From Camelus ferus (Eukaryota), in assembly GCF_009834535.1 (NCBI RefSeq), contig NC_045696.1, positions 5,272,001 to 5,336,000 on the forward strand: a DNA stretch of 64,000 bases, given 5' to 3'. A model generated the notes under the pieces. The model was not told where the DNA came from and did no database searches. It saw only the letters and a program-made list of their open reading frames with translations. Positions 51,039 through 63,713 of this stretch are shown here, piece after piece (positions within the stretch are counted from its first letter, which is position 1; every line of letters starts with the position of its first letter). A program made the position numbers and the translations under genes.

Positions 51039-51048
51039 AAGATACAAG

Positions 51049-51200
51049 GGGGTGGGTATAGCTTGGGGTAGAGTGCACGCCTAGCACACACAAGGTCCTG
51101 GGTTCAATCCCCAGTACCTGCATTTAATAAATAAATAAATACACCTAACTATCTCTCCCTCAACAAAAAAAATTTAAAAAGATTTTTAAAAATCTTTTAA
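51049..51200 (+). mobile_element. tRNA-derived SINE (Vic-1-like), long-tail form
   Basis: GGGTATAGCTTGGGGTAGAGTGCACGCCTAGCACACACAAGGTCCTGGGTTCAATCCCCAGTACC, tail, followed by AAGATACAGG (51201-51210). Confidence 0.92.
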
Positions 51201-52199
51201 AAGATACAGGAAGAGAGTATCCAGTGGAATTTCCCCCAAAAGTCTCCCAAAGAGCCACTGAGTGCAGGAGAGGGGAAGAGGCCAGAGCCGAGGAACGGAG
51301 GCGGGCCGGGGTTACGAGCACGTGCCTCGTGCTTCGGGTGAGAGGAGCTGGGCAGGGCCCGCGAGGTCAGCACCTCGGACTCAGGCGGCCAGGAGAAGGG
51401 GGGCTGTTCTGGACATTGGTCTGATGAGGAAAAACTGCATCTATGAGACCCTGGAGTGTCCACTATGCATGGAGAATTCTTACAGGTGAAAACTGGGCTA
51501 AACTCAGGGGTGAACTGGGAGGAACTTCTTGGGCACCAGTACTGGCTGCCTGAGAGCCGACCCAAAGGACATTTTCTAGGAACACGTCTTCCGTTTCTGG
51601 CCATTGTGTCTCTCCAGTTGAAAGCACAGTGTGGTTATAACACTGGACCAGGACCGCGCTGGGGTCGCTCACTTCCAGAAGTCAGGAGAACCAGAGCAGA
51701 GTTTGCAGAGCGAACAGAAAAGGCATCTCTTTCTCAGGCTGGTCCCCAGAGCAAGGGCAACAAAGAGGTTCTGCCCGGCGACATTCGTCCCTGTACCCTG
51801 CAGCGGTGGCTAAGACGACTCACCTCATTCACCTGTGAAGGGGCTTTGGTTTGAGGCTCCAGGAGGAGTGAGACTTTGGGCCATGAGGAGGGACCAAGGA
51901 GACATGGGGGCTGGATGAAGCAGGCAGTATGAGTCTGTCCCTCTCTGCGGGGTGGAGGCAGGAAATGGATGGAACTATGAGCGTGTCTGAGATAAAGCCG
52001 GACAGTAGCTGAAGGGGCGAGGATGGATTTTATTAGCACGCGTTCTTGCAACAGAGAAGAGGGACTGGCTTGAATTGAATTCAGCTTCACCAACACAAAA
52101 GCCAGGAGACTTTAAAAGCCTAGATGCTGCAGAGAAGGCACTGAGGGGCAACAAGGGGGCAGAGAGGAGGGGGTCTAGGTGACTAGGCCACTTGGATTT

Positions 52200-52795
52200 G
52201 TCCACAGTGCTTATTCAGAGAAACAAACTTCCCATGACTTTAGGAAAGGACGTAGGGGTTCAAGTTAGAGCATGGTGCCCACCCAAGCTGGGTGTTCCCC
52301 ACACCCCCGGGACTGGGACTGAGAGTAAGGAGTCAACCCCACGAGTCCTGCTCAAGACAGCACTCGCGTCCCTGAGAGGGCAGTCGTGTGTGGTAGAAGA
52401 TCTGTATCTCAAAGGAGCAGAGAAAGGATCTATAATCACAAACTTTCCAAAGTAACAGTTCTATGAGTCCAGAGGAGGTAGGTTCTGTCCATCACCAGGT
52501 TTTCCCTGGAGCGAAAGTACATTCCTTTGACGCCCTTGACCTCTCCCAGATGGGAACTTAAGGGGGCTGCGTTACTGTCCACAGCCCTGAGCTGTTAGAA
52601 ACTCTCTTAGTTGTTTGTTGAAACCTCTGAATGAGTGTGTGTGTGTGTGTGCGCGCACGCATGCTGGTGGAAGGGGAGCGGGGAGGTTCAATCATTTGCG
52701 CTGAGAGGCTGCAGATTTTACAGGGGGACTTTGAGTTTTACTCAAGAAGAGGGCTCAGAGGGCTTGACTAGAGTTTGATTAGGGAGAAAGTCGTG
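52200..52795 (-). mobile_element. Possible old ERV1-type LTR remnant (family unresolved), containing (TG)n
   Basis: TATCTCAAAGGAGCAGAGAAAG...TGAGCTGTTAGAAACT...GCTTGACTAGAGTTTGATTAGGGAG resembles old ERV1 MER-type LTRs; weak recall only. Confidence 0.35.
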
Positions 52796-54171
52796 TGAAG
52801 CTGCACCCCCTTCTGCATGAACCCCACCATCTTCTCCATGAGCCTCACCACCTGCTCAAAGAGCTGTCTTGGTGAGATCCTAGACACAGAGTGATGGTCG
52901 GTGTCTGGTGCCCCCATTCGAAGGAGACTGATGAGGCCAGGTGCAGAGCAGAGCTGCTTCTGGAGCCTGGTGGCAGCGAGTGTGGCTCACAGCCAGAGCC
53001 GGGGCCATTCCTACCTGGGCGTGGGGCCAGCACCTGGAGGGTCTGAAGTTCTGGGTGCATCTGGAGAGATCTCAGCTTAAAGACTGCCCTTCCATGGGGG
53101 TTGTCATGGTGGCGGAGGTGAACCTGTAACATGCTGCTTGCAGGCAGCGATGGTGAATAAGAGGGAGCCAGAGCCAAGAGGAAGGACGAGCAGAGGCAGA
53201 TTCTCACACGGCTGTGGACACCAGGGGCTCCTGGGACACTGGCACTCATTTCCAGGCAGGAGGCCAGTGGGGATGGAGTGACCAAAACTGGTCACTGCAA
53301 GTGGCATTATTTTAGAGTCCCTGCCTGCTGAGTCCCAGGATGTCTGGGTTTTCCCCATGAGCCAGCAGCCAGAGAGGGTGAGGGTCAGTCCCAGAAGGAA
53401 TGGAGTTCCTGGGAGCCTGGGCCACAGGCTCTGTCTCATGAGTCAGATGTTTAGGGTCCTGGTCCTTCCGGATCTATGTTGCCTTTGTAATATCCACCAG
53501 CCGTTCTTGTAAAGTCTTCTCGAACATGAATCTCCTGTTGGAGCAACAGAGATTACAGGAAAGGGTCTTTCGTCTACAGATGGCAAAAGAGAACAGCGTG
53601 CTCTGAGGGCCGGCACGGACGGCAGAGTGGGGGCATCAGCCAGAGGCCTTGAGGGAGGCAGACTCCCCGGGAGAAAGAAAGGAAGCTTTCTTCTTCTTCC
53701 AGTGTCGGTCCTGGCAGTTCTAGGTTTTATTTTACTTTATTTGGGAAGATGGCATTTCGGTTTCACATCTGTGACTATGTGGATAACCATTCCCCCTGGG
53801 GTGATGAAGGTGCGGGGTTTATCCCCCCACCAACCCAGTCGCGCCCCCATCCCCGAGTTAACCTGGGCGGGGACAGGAATGCCAGGTTGTCCCAGGAAGC
53901 AGGAGTTATGCAAGGTGGGTACATTACCAAGGGCTCCTGCACTTGGCATTTCTTACCCACAGTCTCGTTTACTTCTCACCGCATCCTAATAGGGTGAGCA
54001 GTACCGTAGGGTAGAGATGAGGCTCACCGCAGCTGAGCACAGCCCGCGGCCTCAGAGCCAGCAGGTGTTGGTTTTCAACACCAGGGAGTCTGCTCCAAAG
54101 CCTCAGCTCACCTCCACGTGCCTCCACCTTAGCCCGGGGGCCTGGGCAGTGAGCCCGGCTCAGCTTCTGTA

Positions 54172-54192
54172 GTGTGTGTGTGTGTGTGTGTG
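54172..54192. repeat. (TG)n microsatellite
   Basis: Directly visible. Confidence 0.9.
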
Positions 54193-54500
54193 CCCCTGTC
54201 CTTGCCTGTTTGCTCTCTGAACATAGGGGAAGCCCCCCAAACCCAAAGGGACAGCATCAGTGTGGAAACCAGATGTCTAGCAATCGATGGCCCACGTTTC
54301 AGCCCCATGGTTACAGACCTCATGGCCTCTTGTCATCACAGACAGATCACACTGCAAAGGTTTCAGTGGCCTAGTGTCTTATTTTAGATTCTACAATGCA
54401 TTCATCTGCCTTATGAGATTTACTCCCACCTTGAGGCAGGCAGAATTAGCCCATTTTAAATATGAAAAAACTGAGGTTCAGAGAAGGGAAGCGATCTGTC

Positions 54501-54945
54501 TGTATTAGTTTCCTATTGCTGCTGTAACAGGTTACCACAAACTTAGTGGCTTCCAACAACACGCATCTACTATCTTATAGTTCGAGATGCCAGGAGTCTA
54601 AAGTGAATGAGTCGAGCTACATTTCTCTGGAAGCCTGAGGAGAGAATTATTTTCTTGTCTTTTCCATCTTCTAGAGGCTGCCTCAATCCTTGGCTCATGA
54701 TCTTACATCACTCCAACTTGTTTCTGCTGTCACGTCTCCTCTGACCCTCCTACCCCCTCTTCTATCTTCTGAGCACCCTTGTGATGACATTGGTCCATGC
54801 AGCTAATCCAGGAAAACCTTCCCATCTCAAAATCACTAACTTAATCCCATCTGCAAAGTTTCTTTGCCGTGCAAGGTAACATATTCACCTGCCCTGGGAA
54901 TTAGGACATGGGCAGATTTTGGGAGTCATCATTCTGCTGACCACA
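54501..54945 (-). mobile_element. MaLR LTR (MLT1C/D-like) inserted at the end of a MIR fragment
   Basis: TGTATTAGTTTCCTATTGCTGCTGTAACAGGTTACCACAAACTTAGTGGCTT...TAACTTAATCCCATCTGCAAAG...AAGGTAACATATTCAC...ATTCTGCTGACCACA; TSD-like CTGTC/CTGCC; MIR core at about 54400-54500. Confidence 0.88.
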
Positions 54946-55110
54946 CTGCCCACCTCTGAGAAGTGCAAGAACAAGGGCCGCTGCAGCCACTAAGACGCCT
55001 GGAGCCGGGGCGCCATCCGCATGGACGTGTGCATCAGGGTCTCTGGGCAGAACCACCGCCACAGGCTGCTGGGGTTTTGCATTTGGGGAGTTGGGGGGGG
55101 GGGCAAGGTT

Positions 55111-55494
55111 AAGAGTTCAGCTCCTTATTGAACATGCTACAAAAGAGGTTTAGTCAAAACGACCAAAACCCATGTCATCATCAGACTCCTTAGATTCTTC
55201 TTTCTTTGTTTCTACTTTCTTCTACTCAACGAGGGCAGCAGTGGCCGAGGGAGCAGGGCCTCCTGCTGGGGCAGCACCAGCCGCTGGCGCAGGTCCACCA
55301 GCCCCTACGTTGCCGAAGAGTCTCCCAGTGTCTGCATTGGCCGGAGCCTTTGCAAGCAAGCCTGGCCAGAAAGGGTCAATGTTCACACCGGCTGCTTTGA
55401 TGAGGGTGCTGATCTTACCCTTTGTGACCATCACATCATCGTCATGAAGGCTGACGGCCAAGCAGATGCAGGTGAAACCCAAGATGGAGATCGT
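55111..55494 (-). pseudogene. RPLP1: Processed pseudogene of 60S acidic ribosomal protein P1
   Basis: Intronless, 115 codons (55494-55150) colinear with RPLP1: LHDDDVMVTKGKISTLIKAAGVNIDPFWPGLLAKA...NVGAGGPAPAAGAAPAGGPAPS...VE*KKVETKKEESKESDDDMGFGRFD*. Start ATG>ACG (55492-55494), premature TAG at 55222-55224, RPLP1-like 3'UTR ACCTCTTTTGTAGCATGTTCAATAAGGAGCTGAAC. No clear poly(A) or TSD survives. Confidence 0.96.
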
Positions 55495-56669
55495 GGCGCC
55501 CCCACCCACTCCCCTGCATTTCTCTCTCTCAAACACACACACGCACTCTGCCACCATTTTTGGACCATGAGACGTCCAGACTCTACTCAATGAGCCCTTC
55601 CCTGCCCCACCTCCCAGAAGGAGTGAGGAAAAATAAATCAGTGAAGTGGGTTCAGATGTAAACAATCCAGATCAAGACATGAAGCAAAGCCGGGGCCTCT
55701 GCAGGAGCTGGGCTTCATTCTAAAATTCTAGAAGTTATCTAGATTGCTGATGACTCACCTGGAAAGTCAACTGCAGAAAAAATTGTTCCAGAAAATTCAT
55801 GTATCTCAGAGAATTTCCCTAACTGTCTGATGAGCTGAGAATCTGGTTCCTATTATGTAACAGGTACAATCCATTTTTCAATAAATTAAGCATATTATTT
55901 TTTCATAATAATGGGTTCCAGTACTTCTAATTATAAAAATAAAAGAAGCAGAGTGTAGATGTCTACTGCTGTAATCATTTCTTTCAGCATCCGAGGATGG
56001 AATTTTTTCACATACATTTCTATCACTGGATGTTGAAACTGTTATTCCCAAGTAGTTCAGTGACTTTTATGAAGATAAAACCTTGAAAGTAATTAAGTCG
56101 GAATACTCTAGCAGTGACAATCTAAATATAAGGAAAATAGCTTTTATTGCCCCCCCAAAATCCACAAGATGAAAAACATTCACAAGTAATAGTTATTTGA
56201 TATGGAAAACACCTATGTTCTTACTTTGAATTATAGCTCAATTATGATCATGCTTGTCCACATTATTAAAATTAGCTGCACAATAAATTAGTGAATATTA
56301 GATACAGTTTTAGACAAATAACAAGGCCAATTTCAAAGAAGAATTTCAAGGGAAAAAAGATGTGTTTAAGTTGGGAAACGAGATTTTCCTTTGTAAAATG
56401 TGTTAATTAATCGCAGCTTTCAGTTTCACAAGTTAATTTGCCTTTTTAATTATGGAAAATTCACCTCGATCAATGAAAGCTAAGTTTTCCTACTATAAAA
56501 CTATCAGTCTCCTGTGGAGTCAAATTAAGATGAGCATCTTCACATTTGCATGAAGTTGAACTTTATTTCCCAAGGATGGAGCCTGCAGCCTGCTCATCCT
56601 CACAGCCCCCCTCCACAGTGAGTGCGAAGGGAGAGCAGATAGAGCTCCCTTGCTCAACCTTGTTTTGGT

Positions 56670-57060
56670 TTTGAAAAACAGCAACCACTTCCAACTGGCT
56701 TAAGCCAAAGAGGAGGACTGGTCTTAGGGAAGCAGTCTGCCGCCTAGAACCCAAGAACAGGAAGGCAGATGATGGACAAGGCAGGCTGGATGTGGGGGCT
56801 GAGACCGCTGGGGAGTCAAGGAAGCTCTGACAGGTGGCTTCCACCCTCCTCCACTGCAAACTGGGCTTCTCGGCTACTCAAGGCCCACATGGATGGAAGG
56901 TGACCGCCACGAGCCCAAGTTCATACGCAGTGGCTACAGCCAGGTGGGGTCTCTGTGTGTGCATGTGGTCAGATTTCCTAGAAATCAGCCTGGCTCGGTG
57001 TCCACCCCTGGGTGAGTCAACTATGCCTGGGGGATGTGGTCACAAACCAGAATCATCTTC
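56670..57060 (-). mobile_element. Old MaLR LTR (MLT1J/K/L-like) remnant
   Basis: AACAGCAACCACTTCCAACTGGCTTAAGCCAAAG...GCCTGGCTCGGTGTCCACCCCTGG...GGTCACA. Confidence 0.5.
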
Positions 57061-57630
57061 CCCAGGAGCCAGCCCTGAGCCTGGCAGGACCAGCACATCC
57101 TCAAAGGGGGGCTGGTCAGACAGCCTGTCAGCTACTCACGGAAAGAAGCACCACCTTTGAAGGCTCAGAATGGCTGGATTCTACTGCTAAAGAAACCTGG
57201 GATTCACTCGAGCCCATGTTCCTAAAGAGGAGGAAACTGGCACTTGGATTGGAATGACTCATCATTGGTCAGGACCGCCCCACCCTTTACAGGATGCTGA
57301 GCCCCCTGGCCCCACCCAGTAAATGCTAGGAGGGCCCCCACCCCAGTTGCTGTGACTCTGAACCTGCCTACTTTGTTTTAAGCACAGCACGGCATCCTGT
57401 TGAAAAGCACTGAATTTTAGTCCAAAATTCTTGAAACCCACAGTACGGTTCCTGAGCCCCAGAGTAAGGTGCAAAATAGCACAAGCTAGTTCACGCAAGC
57501 CAGCCTTCTGGCCACACGAGCCTAAGCGAACCCCCTAACCTCCCTGAACAGTGGCTCCTCACCACCCCAAAAGTTAATAAACGATACCTCCCCCATAGAC
57601 CTACTGTGAGGATAAAGTGAAACCAGATCT

Positions 57631-57705
57631 TAGGCTGAACCATAGGAAGTATCTGGTTTTGTAGGTTAAACTGCAGTTGAAATCTGCAATTCCATAAAGT
57701 TCATA
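57631..57705. mobile_element. MADE2-like mariner MITE within a MIR
   Basis: TAGGCTGAACCATAGGAAGT...GTTTTGTAGGTTAAA...GCAATTCCATAAAGTTCA follows the roughly 80-bp MADE2 palindrome; MIR-like sequence on both sides. Confidence 0.6.
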
Positions 57706-59814
57706 AAATTCATAAGAGTTCAGAGCGATAGCACAGTGCCCGGCACATAATAAGAGCTCAAAAAATGGTAAATATGAATTCTTTGAGGATGCAAATTAAA
57801 CTTGGATTGTGCAAAATACAATAAAAAAAATTAGCTTCTAGGTAAAAACATTGCCTTCCACCTTCCAACCTTGGACAGAACATAGCACATGCCATGAACT
57901 AAGGTACCAACGATGGTGGGAAGAAAGTATCCTTTGGGGAAATTTTAGTTAAACGCCATCTGTGACAGTTCATGACAATCGGGAGGGCAAAAAGGAGGCA
58001 CTGTCCCAGTGGAGCCTTACAGCATGGTGGCCAGCTGTCCTTCACTTGTGGAAGACACTGGAGAAAGCGATTATGATGACTCATCCCTCATCCTTGGGAA
58101 GACAAAGCAAGCCATTCCTCTCCTCTCCAGAAGCAAAGGAAGTGGGGCCGCAGCTGGTAGCAGACGGCACTGTGGATGGGGAGAGGATTTTCATTTGTCC
58201 TTATTTCAGCCTTACCTCTTGCATAATTTTGCATAAAAGAAATAACTTTTCTTCCAAGCTCCCCAAGTCCCTAATTACTTGCATACAAATGTCACCTTCT
58301 GGGCTGCCAACTGGCCGGCAGGTCAGGAGAGCCCAGAGAGCATGAACTGCCTGGGTACAGCCCAGGAATTTCCTTGGCACTTTTCACTGACAGTTAACTT
58401 TTAATTAAAAGGTAAAAAAGACATTAATTATCAGTTAACAAATTTCAATCTCTATTCAGACAAGGGAATTAATGTGTTTCAAAAAAGACCTCGATAATTA
58501 TTTCTTGCAGTTTAGAAAAGTGGTGATGATAAAAGTGTACCTCTGCCCGCTCTCTTCCCTTCTGGTCTCAGGAAACTGGGATGTGAGGGCCGCTATACCC
58601 AACCCCTGTGGTCCAGGGCTCGAGATTTAATACCCAATCCCTGGGCGCCAGGGCTTGAGATTTAAAGGCCCCTTTATAAGATAACCTCGGGAGGAAGGGG
58701 ACCTCAGCCAGCAGAAAGGACCAGTGGGGCGGGCTGGTCACCTTTGGGAGATGGTCCTGCACCCGACCCCCTTCCAGACCATTCTCTTCTTTAGTTTATT
58801 CCTGCTTCGCCCTCCACAGAGCTTGGCTTTCTCAGTGCAAGTAGGAATGCCACGAAGTCAGAATGAATTTTCTCCACACTCAGAAGCTTCTAGAGCTCAT
58901 AGAAAAACATCCCCAGCAGGAAAATCAGGGGACTTCTTCTCCCGTCACCTTGCCGCTCTCACAGTGCAGAGCCGCCCAGAGGACAGCAGTGCCTCTCTAC
59001 TGCGCCTCCTGAGTCGTCGAGACCTTGTGGCGTTTTCCTCTCCAAAACCTCCTTTTGAGATATTCTCCCTCCTTTTTCCAGAACCAGCCTTTTCTTCCCT
59101 TCCTTTCCTTCCTAGGAAGGAAAATTGTACTGGTAACACTTACTTGATAAGAGTAAGTCAGCCACTGAGAATGGAAAGGAAAAGAGGTTCAGAGGCTTTC
59201 AGCTCCTATGATTAGGTGATGTCAGATGGGTGCCATGCTGGGAGGACATCCACCCCACAAATAAACTAAAACCTGGGTCAAATGTAGCAAAAGCATCTGT
59301 TTTCATTTGATAGACCCCAATGTAGGTCACTTTGTAGCTCTTCTGCTGGACACCTAGCACCTCTTGAGGTCACAGAATTGAGAAGCCCCCAGATCCTTAC
59401 AGACAAAAGAGCTGAGGAGGAAGCTTTGCAGAGGAGCAACCCCCCACACCACCACCATGACCACTCTGTGGTCAAAGACACTCATTCCTCAGACAGAGGG
59501 GAAACAGACCTGAACCTCTGTGCACATGATCAAATCCCTCAGCCTGGGGCATGCCCCCTGCCCAGTCCAGCTGTCCTCAAGCCCTGCCCAGGTGTCCCCT
59601 CTGTTCTCCATCTCTGCATCTTCAGAGAATCCAACCAGTGGCCTCCTGCTGAGGCCCTCCCATCTCCACTGAGCCACCATCAAATCAACAGCTTCTCCCT
59701 GATTCTAGAACTTCTCACACTGAACCTCAAACCCCTGTTGACCCCCATGCCCTCCTCAGGAGGATGGAGGGTCCTAAGTCAGGGAAACACACAGGGCTTC
59801 CTGGCTTTCAGGAT

Positions 59815-60211
59815 TGTTTTGATCACCTGGGCCACCTTAACAAAATACCACAGGTTGAGGGACTCAAACAACAGAACTTGATTCCTCACAGTTCTGGAGG
59901 CTGGAAGTCCAAGATCAAGGTGCTGGCAGATTTGGTTTCTGGTGAGAATCTGCTTGCTGGCTTGCAGGGGCCACCTTCTTCTTATGTCCTCACATGGCCT
60001 TTACTTGGTGCCTGCCTGTGGAGAGAGAACCCCTGTGTCTCTTCCTCTTCTTATAAGGGCACTAATCCCATCACAGGGCCCCACCCTCATCACCTTATCC
60101 CACCCTAATCACCTCCCAAAGGCCCCACCTCCCAATACCATCGCATTCAGGGTTAGGGCTTTAACATATAAATTGGGGATGAGAGCAGACACAAACATTC
60201 AGTCCACAGCA
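59815..60211 (-). mobile_element. MaLR solo LTR (MLT1A0/B-like)
   Basis: AACAAAATACCACAGG...CTCACAGTTCTGGAGGCTGGAAGTCCAAGATCAAGGTG...CTTATAAGGGCACTAATCCCATC...CACAAACATTCAGTCCACAGCA. Confidence 0.9.
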
Positions 60212-60287
60212 GAACTCTGCTCCACAAGGAGCTGTGTGATTTTGAGAGAGCTGAGTGACCTCTTTGAGCCCTGCTCTCTCTCCCTTC

Positions 60288-60560
60288 AGTCAATTTGGGT
60301 CTGACCATAAGCAGTTAATCCACTCAGATGGGTTTAACAGAAAAGAGTTTACTGTAGAGGCTGTACCCAGTCAAGGCAGGATTAACAAAGCAGAAGAGGA
60401 AGTTAACTGCCCAAGACCAACAACTTCAGGAACCTCTGTCAGCATCTCCCACTGGCTAAACAGAGCCAAGAAACCTGGTCTGTGTGCTCCATGGGGAAGC
60501 TTCCAGGCAGAGCAGGCAGAAGAGGGTAGAGAATGGACATGGAGGGCAAGTGGAGGGCAC
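60288..60560 (-). mobile_element. Old MaLR LTR (MLT1K/L-like) remnant
   Basis: CAGCATCTCCCACTGGCTAAAC...GGCAGAGCAGGCAGAAGAGGGTAGAGAATGGACATGGAGGGCAAGTGGAG. Confidence 0.55.
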
Positions 60561-62269
60561 AGGGGAGGCGGGAGGTGGGTTGGGCGGAGACATCTCAGAG
60601 TACGCCTTTTGTATTGATTTGAATTTTGTATCATGCAAATGTGATTTCTGTTCAAATAAATTAATATAAAGTAAAATTTAAATATTCAAGTAAGCCAAGC
60701 ATTGGGACAAAATGGGACCCAGAATGAAAGAGACAGCAGTGTGACTTGGGGAATTACATCCATCTGCCCTCTCCCTCGCTGGTCCCCATGGGTCCAGAGT
60801 AGAATCAAAGCATCAAAATGGAATCAAAATGGAAAAACAAAAACAAAGAGTGGTACATAATGTGGGGCTATGGTTATACTTTATAATATCCCCTATCACC
60901 GCCCTTGTACCATCACCAGGGAAGATTTAGAGGTAAAACAATCTCTTTAGAGCAACTTTCTCCTGCCTGTGGGCGAAGAGAAACCCATTCATAGCCAGTG
61001 AGGAGGCACTTGTAATGGAAGCTGGTCCTGGGGAGAAGCCAGGCACTGCTGGGCACAATGATGCCAGGGCTTATTGTTTTGCAAGGGGCAATGACAAGGT
61101 CATGTAATAGGAGTAACATGCTTTCATTGGGTGAGACCAACTGCGTTGTCGCCAAAAAGAAATAGCACTCTCTTGGCAAGGTGTGCCAGCTTTGCTGGTG
61201 AGCTAGAAAGGCGGCCAGCTGCCTGTATGGTTGGACTGAACCAGAGGTGGGGGGTCTGGTCTGCGCACCCCCAGGAGAGTAATGACCCTTCCCCTGGGGT
61301 CTCAGCAGCAGCGGTGTTCTCCACTAGCATCCAGACCAACCTGGAGGCTCTCAGAATTCAAGCCCTGTGGAGGGGCCATGCTGGAGAAACCAGTCCTCTT
61401 AAGGGAAGGGGAGCGGTCTCCCAAAATAGACCTGGCCCTTCAGTGAAGAAACTGTATACGTCCACCTCCACCTCATCCAGGATGGAGTCAGTAAAACAGG
61501 GTACAAGCCGTGTGAAGGTTTGGAGCCCTCCCTCTCCATCACTGAGCCCCTCCAGAAAACAAATCAAGTCTCCCCAAGTCTCATGAGCATGAGAAAAGCC
61601 CACAGCATCCCTGAGCCTTGGGTAGACACAGCACTCTAAAAACTGTGATCGCGTTAACTCAAATGTGCGTTTCCTTCCTATTGTTCACGCCCTATGTCCT
61701 CAAAACAGAACTTCATAAAAACTTCAGCCTCTGCAACTTAGTGCATCATCCTCCTCGATTATAAAAGCGTTATTATTACATAACTCTCAGCCTATTGGGG
61801 CACTCCCGCACACAAGGTGTACACACACACACGCACACACATCTCATCTTGTATAGATGAAGGTCAGGCTTTCGAGGCCAAGAAGTCCAGCATCCCAAAT
61901 GTGGGGCCAGCCTACTGGAAAGGCTCACAAGATCCTCAGGACCCAAGAGGTTAAAATTCCTTACCCCTTGCAACAGCAACTGAGCCATTTTACTGCCCTA
62001 GGATGGGTGGAGGGGTTCATTCATTCATTCAACAGGTGAAGATTGAGTACTCGGCACTCATGTAAGTGACCTTTAATGAACACAGTTTGTGTGGAAAGCC
62101 ACGAATCAGCCCCTGTGGGTGCCTGGAGAGTGTACGAGATGGGACTTCATCCTAGAAAAGGCAGCATCTCATCGGGGCAGTAGAACGCCCACAAACAACT
62201 GGAGGGCAAGGTTAACGTTGCCAGGCGAGAGTTGCAGATGGAGATGTTGCTACGCAGGTGTTTAAATTT

Positions 62270-63060
62270 TTTTTTTTTGCAGAAGTTTGAAAAACTTCAA
62301 ACCTGCAGAACAAGCCAAAGTTTACAACTATGCACTTGATCCCAGTTCACCAGTTAAATCTTCCCAACTTGCACGTGTTTTCTCTCTCTCTCCCCACCTA
62401 TCATTTGAAAGTAAGTTGAAGTCATTATGACATTTCATTCCCAAATGTTTTATCCCCAAATATTTTTTTCTAAGAAAAAGGATGTTTTCCTCCATCACTT
62501 GAATCTCATTGTCACATCTAAGAAATTTAACACTAATAAATAATATTGGCAAATACACAGTCCATATTCAAGTGTCTTGGTCATCCAAGGCCCTATCAAG
62601 GATCATGCCTTGTATTTGTCACTCGTCCCTTAGCCTCCTTGTACCCAGAACAGGCTCTTTGCCTATGTTTCTGTTTTATTTTTTTGTAACATATTTTTGG
62701 AATCCAGGCCAGTTGTTTTGTAGAAGGTCTTACAGTCTGAGTTTGTCCTGTGTCCTCAATGTTAGATTCAGGTTAAAAACAATTTGGGCCAGAATGCTAA
62801 ATATTTGATGCTTGGGCCCTTCCTCTTGCATCAGAGCATGAGCCCATGATGTCAGCTCCTCGCATGACCCTGATGCGGACAGATGGCTGGGCTGGGAAGG
62901 GAAGTTTCCCCTTGTGATTAATGAATAACCCAGGGAGGGTTACTCCAAGACCGTGTGACTCTCCTGTTCCCCAACAACTTTCATCCCATGACTTTCAGCT
63001 GACTCGGTTATAGTGATCATTGCAAAATAAGAATTTTCTCATTCCATCATTTTCCAACTA
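62270..63060 (-). mobile_element. Old L1 (L1MC-like) 3' region
   Basis: Poly-T then GAAAAACTTCAAACCTGCAG...TCATTTGAAAGTAAGTTG...AAGAAATTTAACACTAAT...CCAGGCCAGTTGTTTTGTAGAA...TTAGATTCAGGTT. Confidence 0.7.
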
Positions 63061-63713
63061 ATTCTGTCTCCCTTTGTTTTGTTCAGATTTGCTTTTTGCC
63101 ATATGGACTTAAAGGAAGGGGAGAGTCCACCTCTAGCTGGGATAATACAGGAAACCTCAGGAAGGAGATGACATTTGGAGATGTGGAAGGAGACTGAAGA
63201 AACTATCAAGACAGCCTGTTGCTAGGCTCCTGGGGCGACCAGAGGCCAGGCTCTGGTCCTCGCCCTCTCATCAAGAGTGTGGCACTCTCAGTCCACCTTG
63301 GGCTAAGTCCTACCCCCAGATGCCGTGCGGCTCAGCTGGGCCGAGTACTCCCAATGCTCCTCAGATGCATGGCTGTCGGGCCCAGCATCCCAAAGGACCA
63401 GCGTGATTTGAGGGTTTGGGAAAATAGACAATTTCATGTTAAAATAAGTAGGAATATGGTAAGCATGCAAATCATGGGGGAAATGGGAAACTGAAATATG
63501 AGATTACACAAAAATTTTGTGCTTTTGGCAAGTCATCCTGGGTGATCCCCCAGAACCGTGGGGACATACATCTCTCTCTGCTGCAAAGAGGACACAGAGG
63601 AACATTTGAGAAACACTGTCCAAGACCAGTGAAGAAATGAGGGGTCCACAAACGTCAGAGATCAGGGAGGAAGAATAAACAATGGGTAGATTTGCTATAC
63701 CAAAGCAAATGGA

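Noticed and set aside
55759..55771. Possible minus-strand microexon (similar donor/acceptor pairs near 1489, 27397, 49410 and 51823)
   Set aside because: Isolated splice-like motifs are common by chance and form no coherent reading frame.
55745..58090. Cluster of AP-1 heptamers
   Set aside because: About 8 TGASTCA sites are expected by chance in 64 kb; the local excess is too small to call without other evidence.
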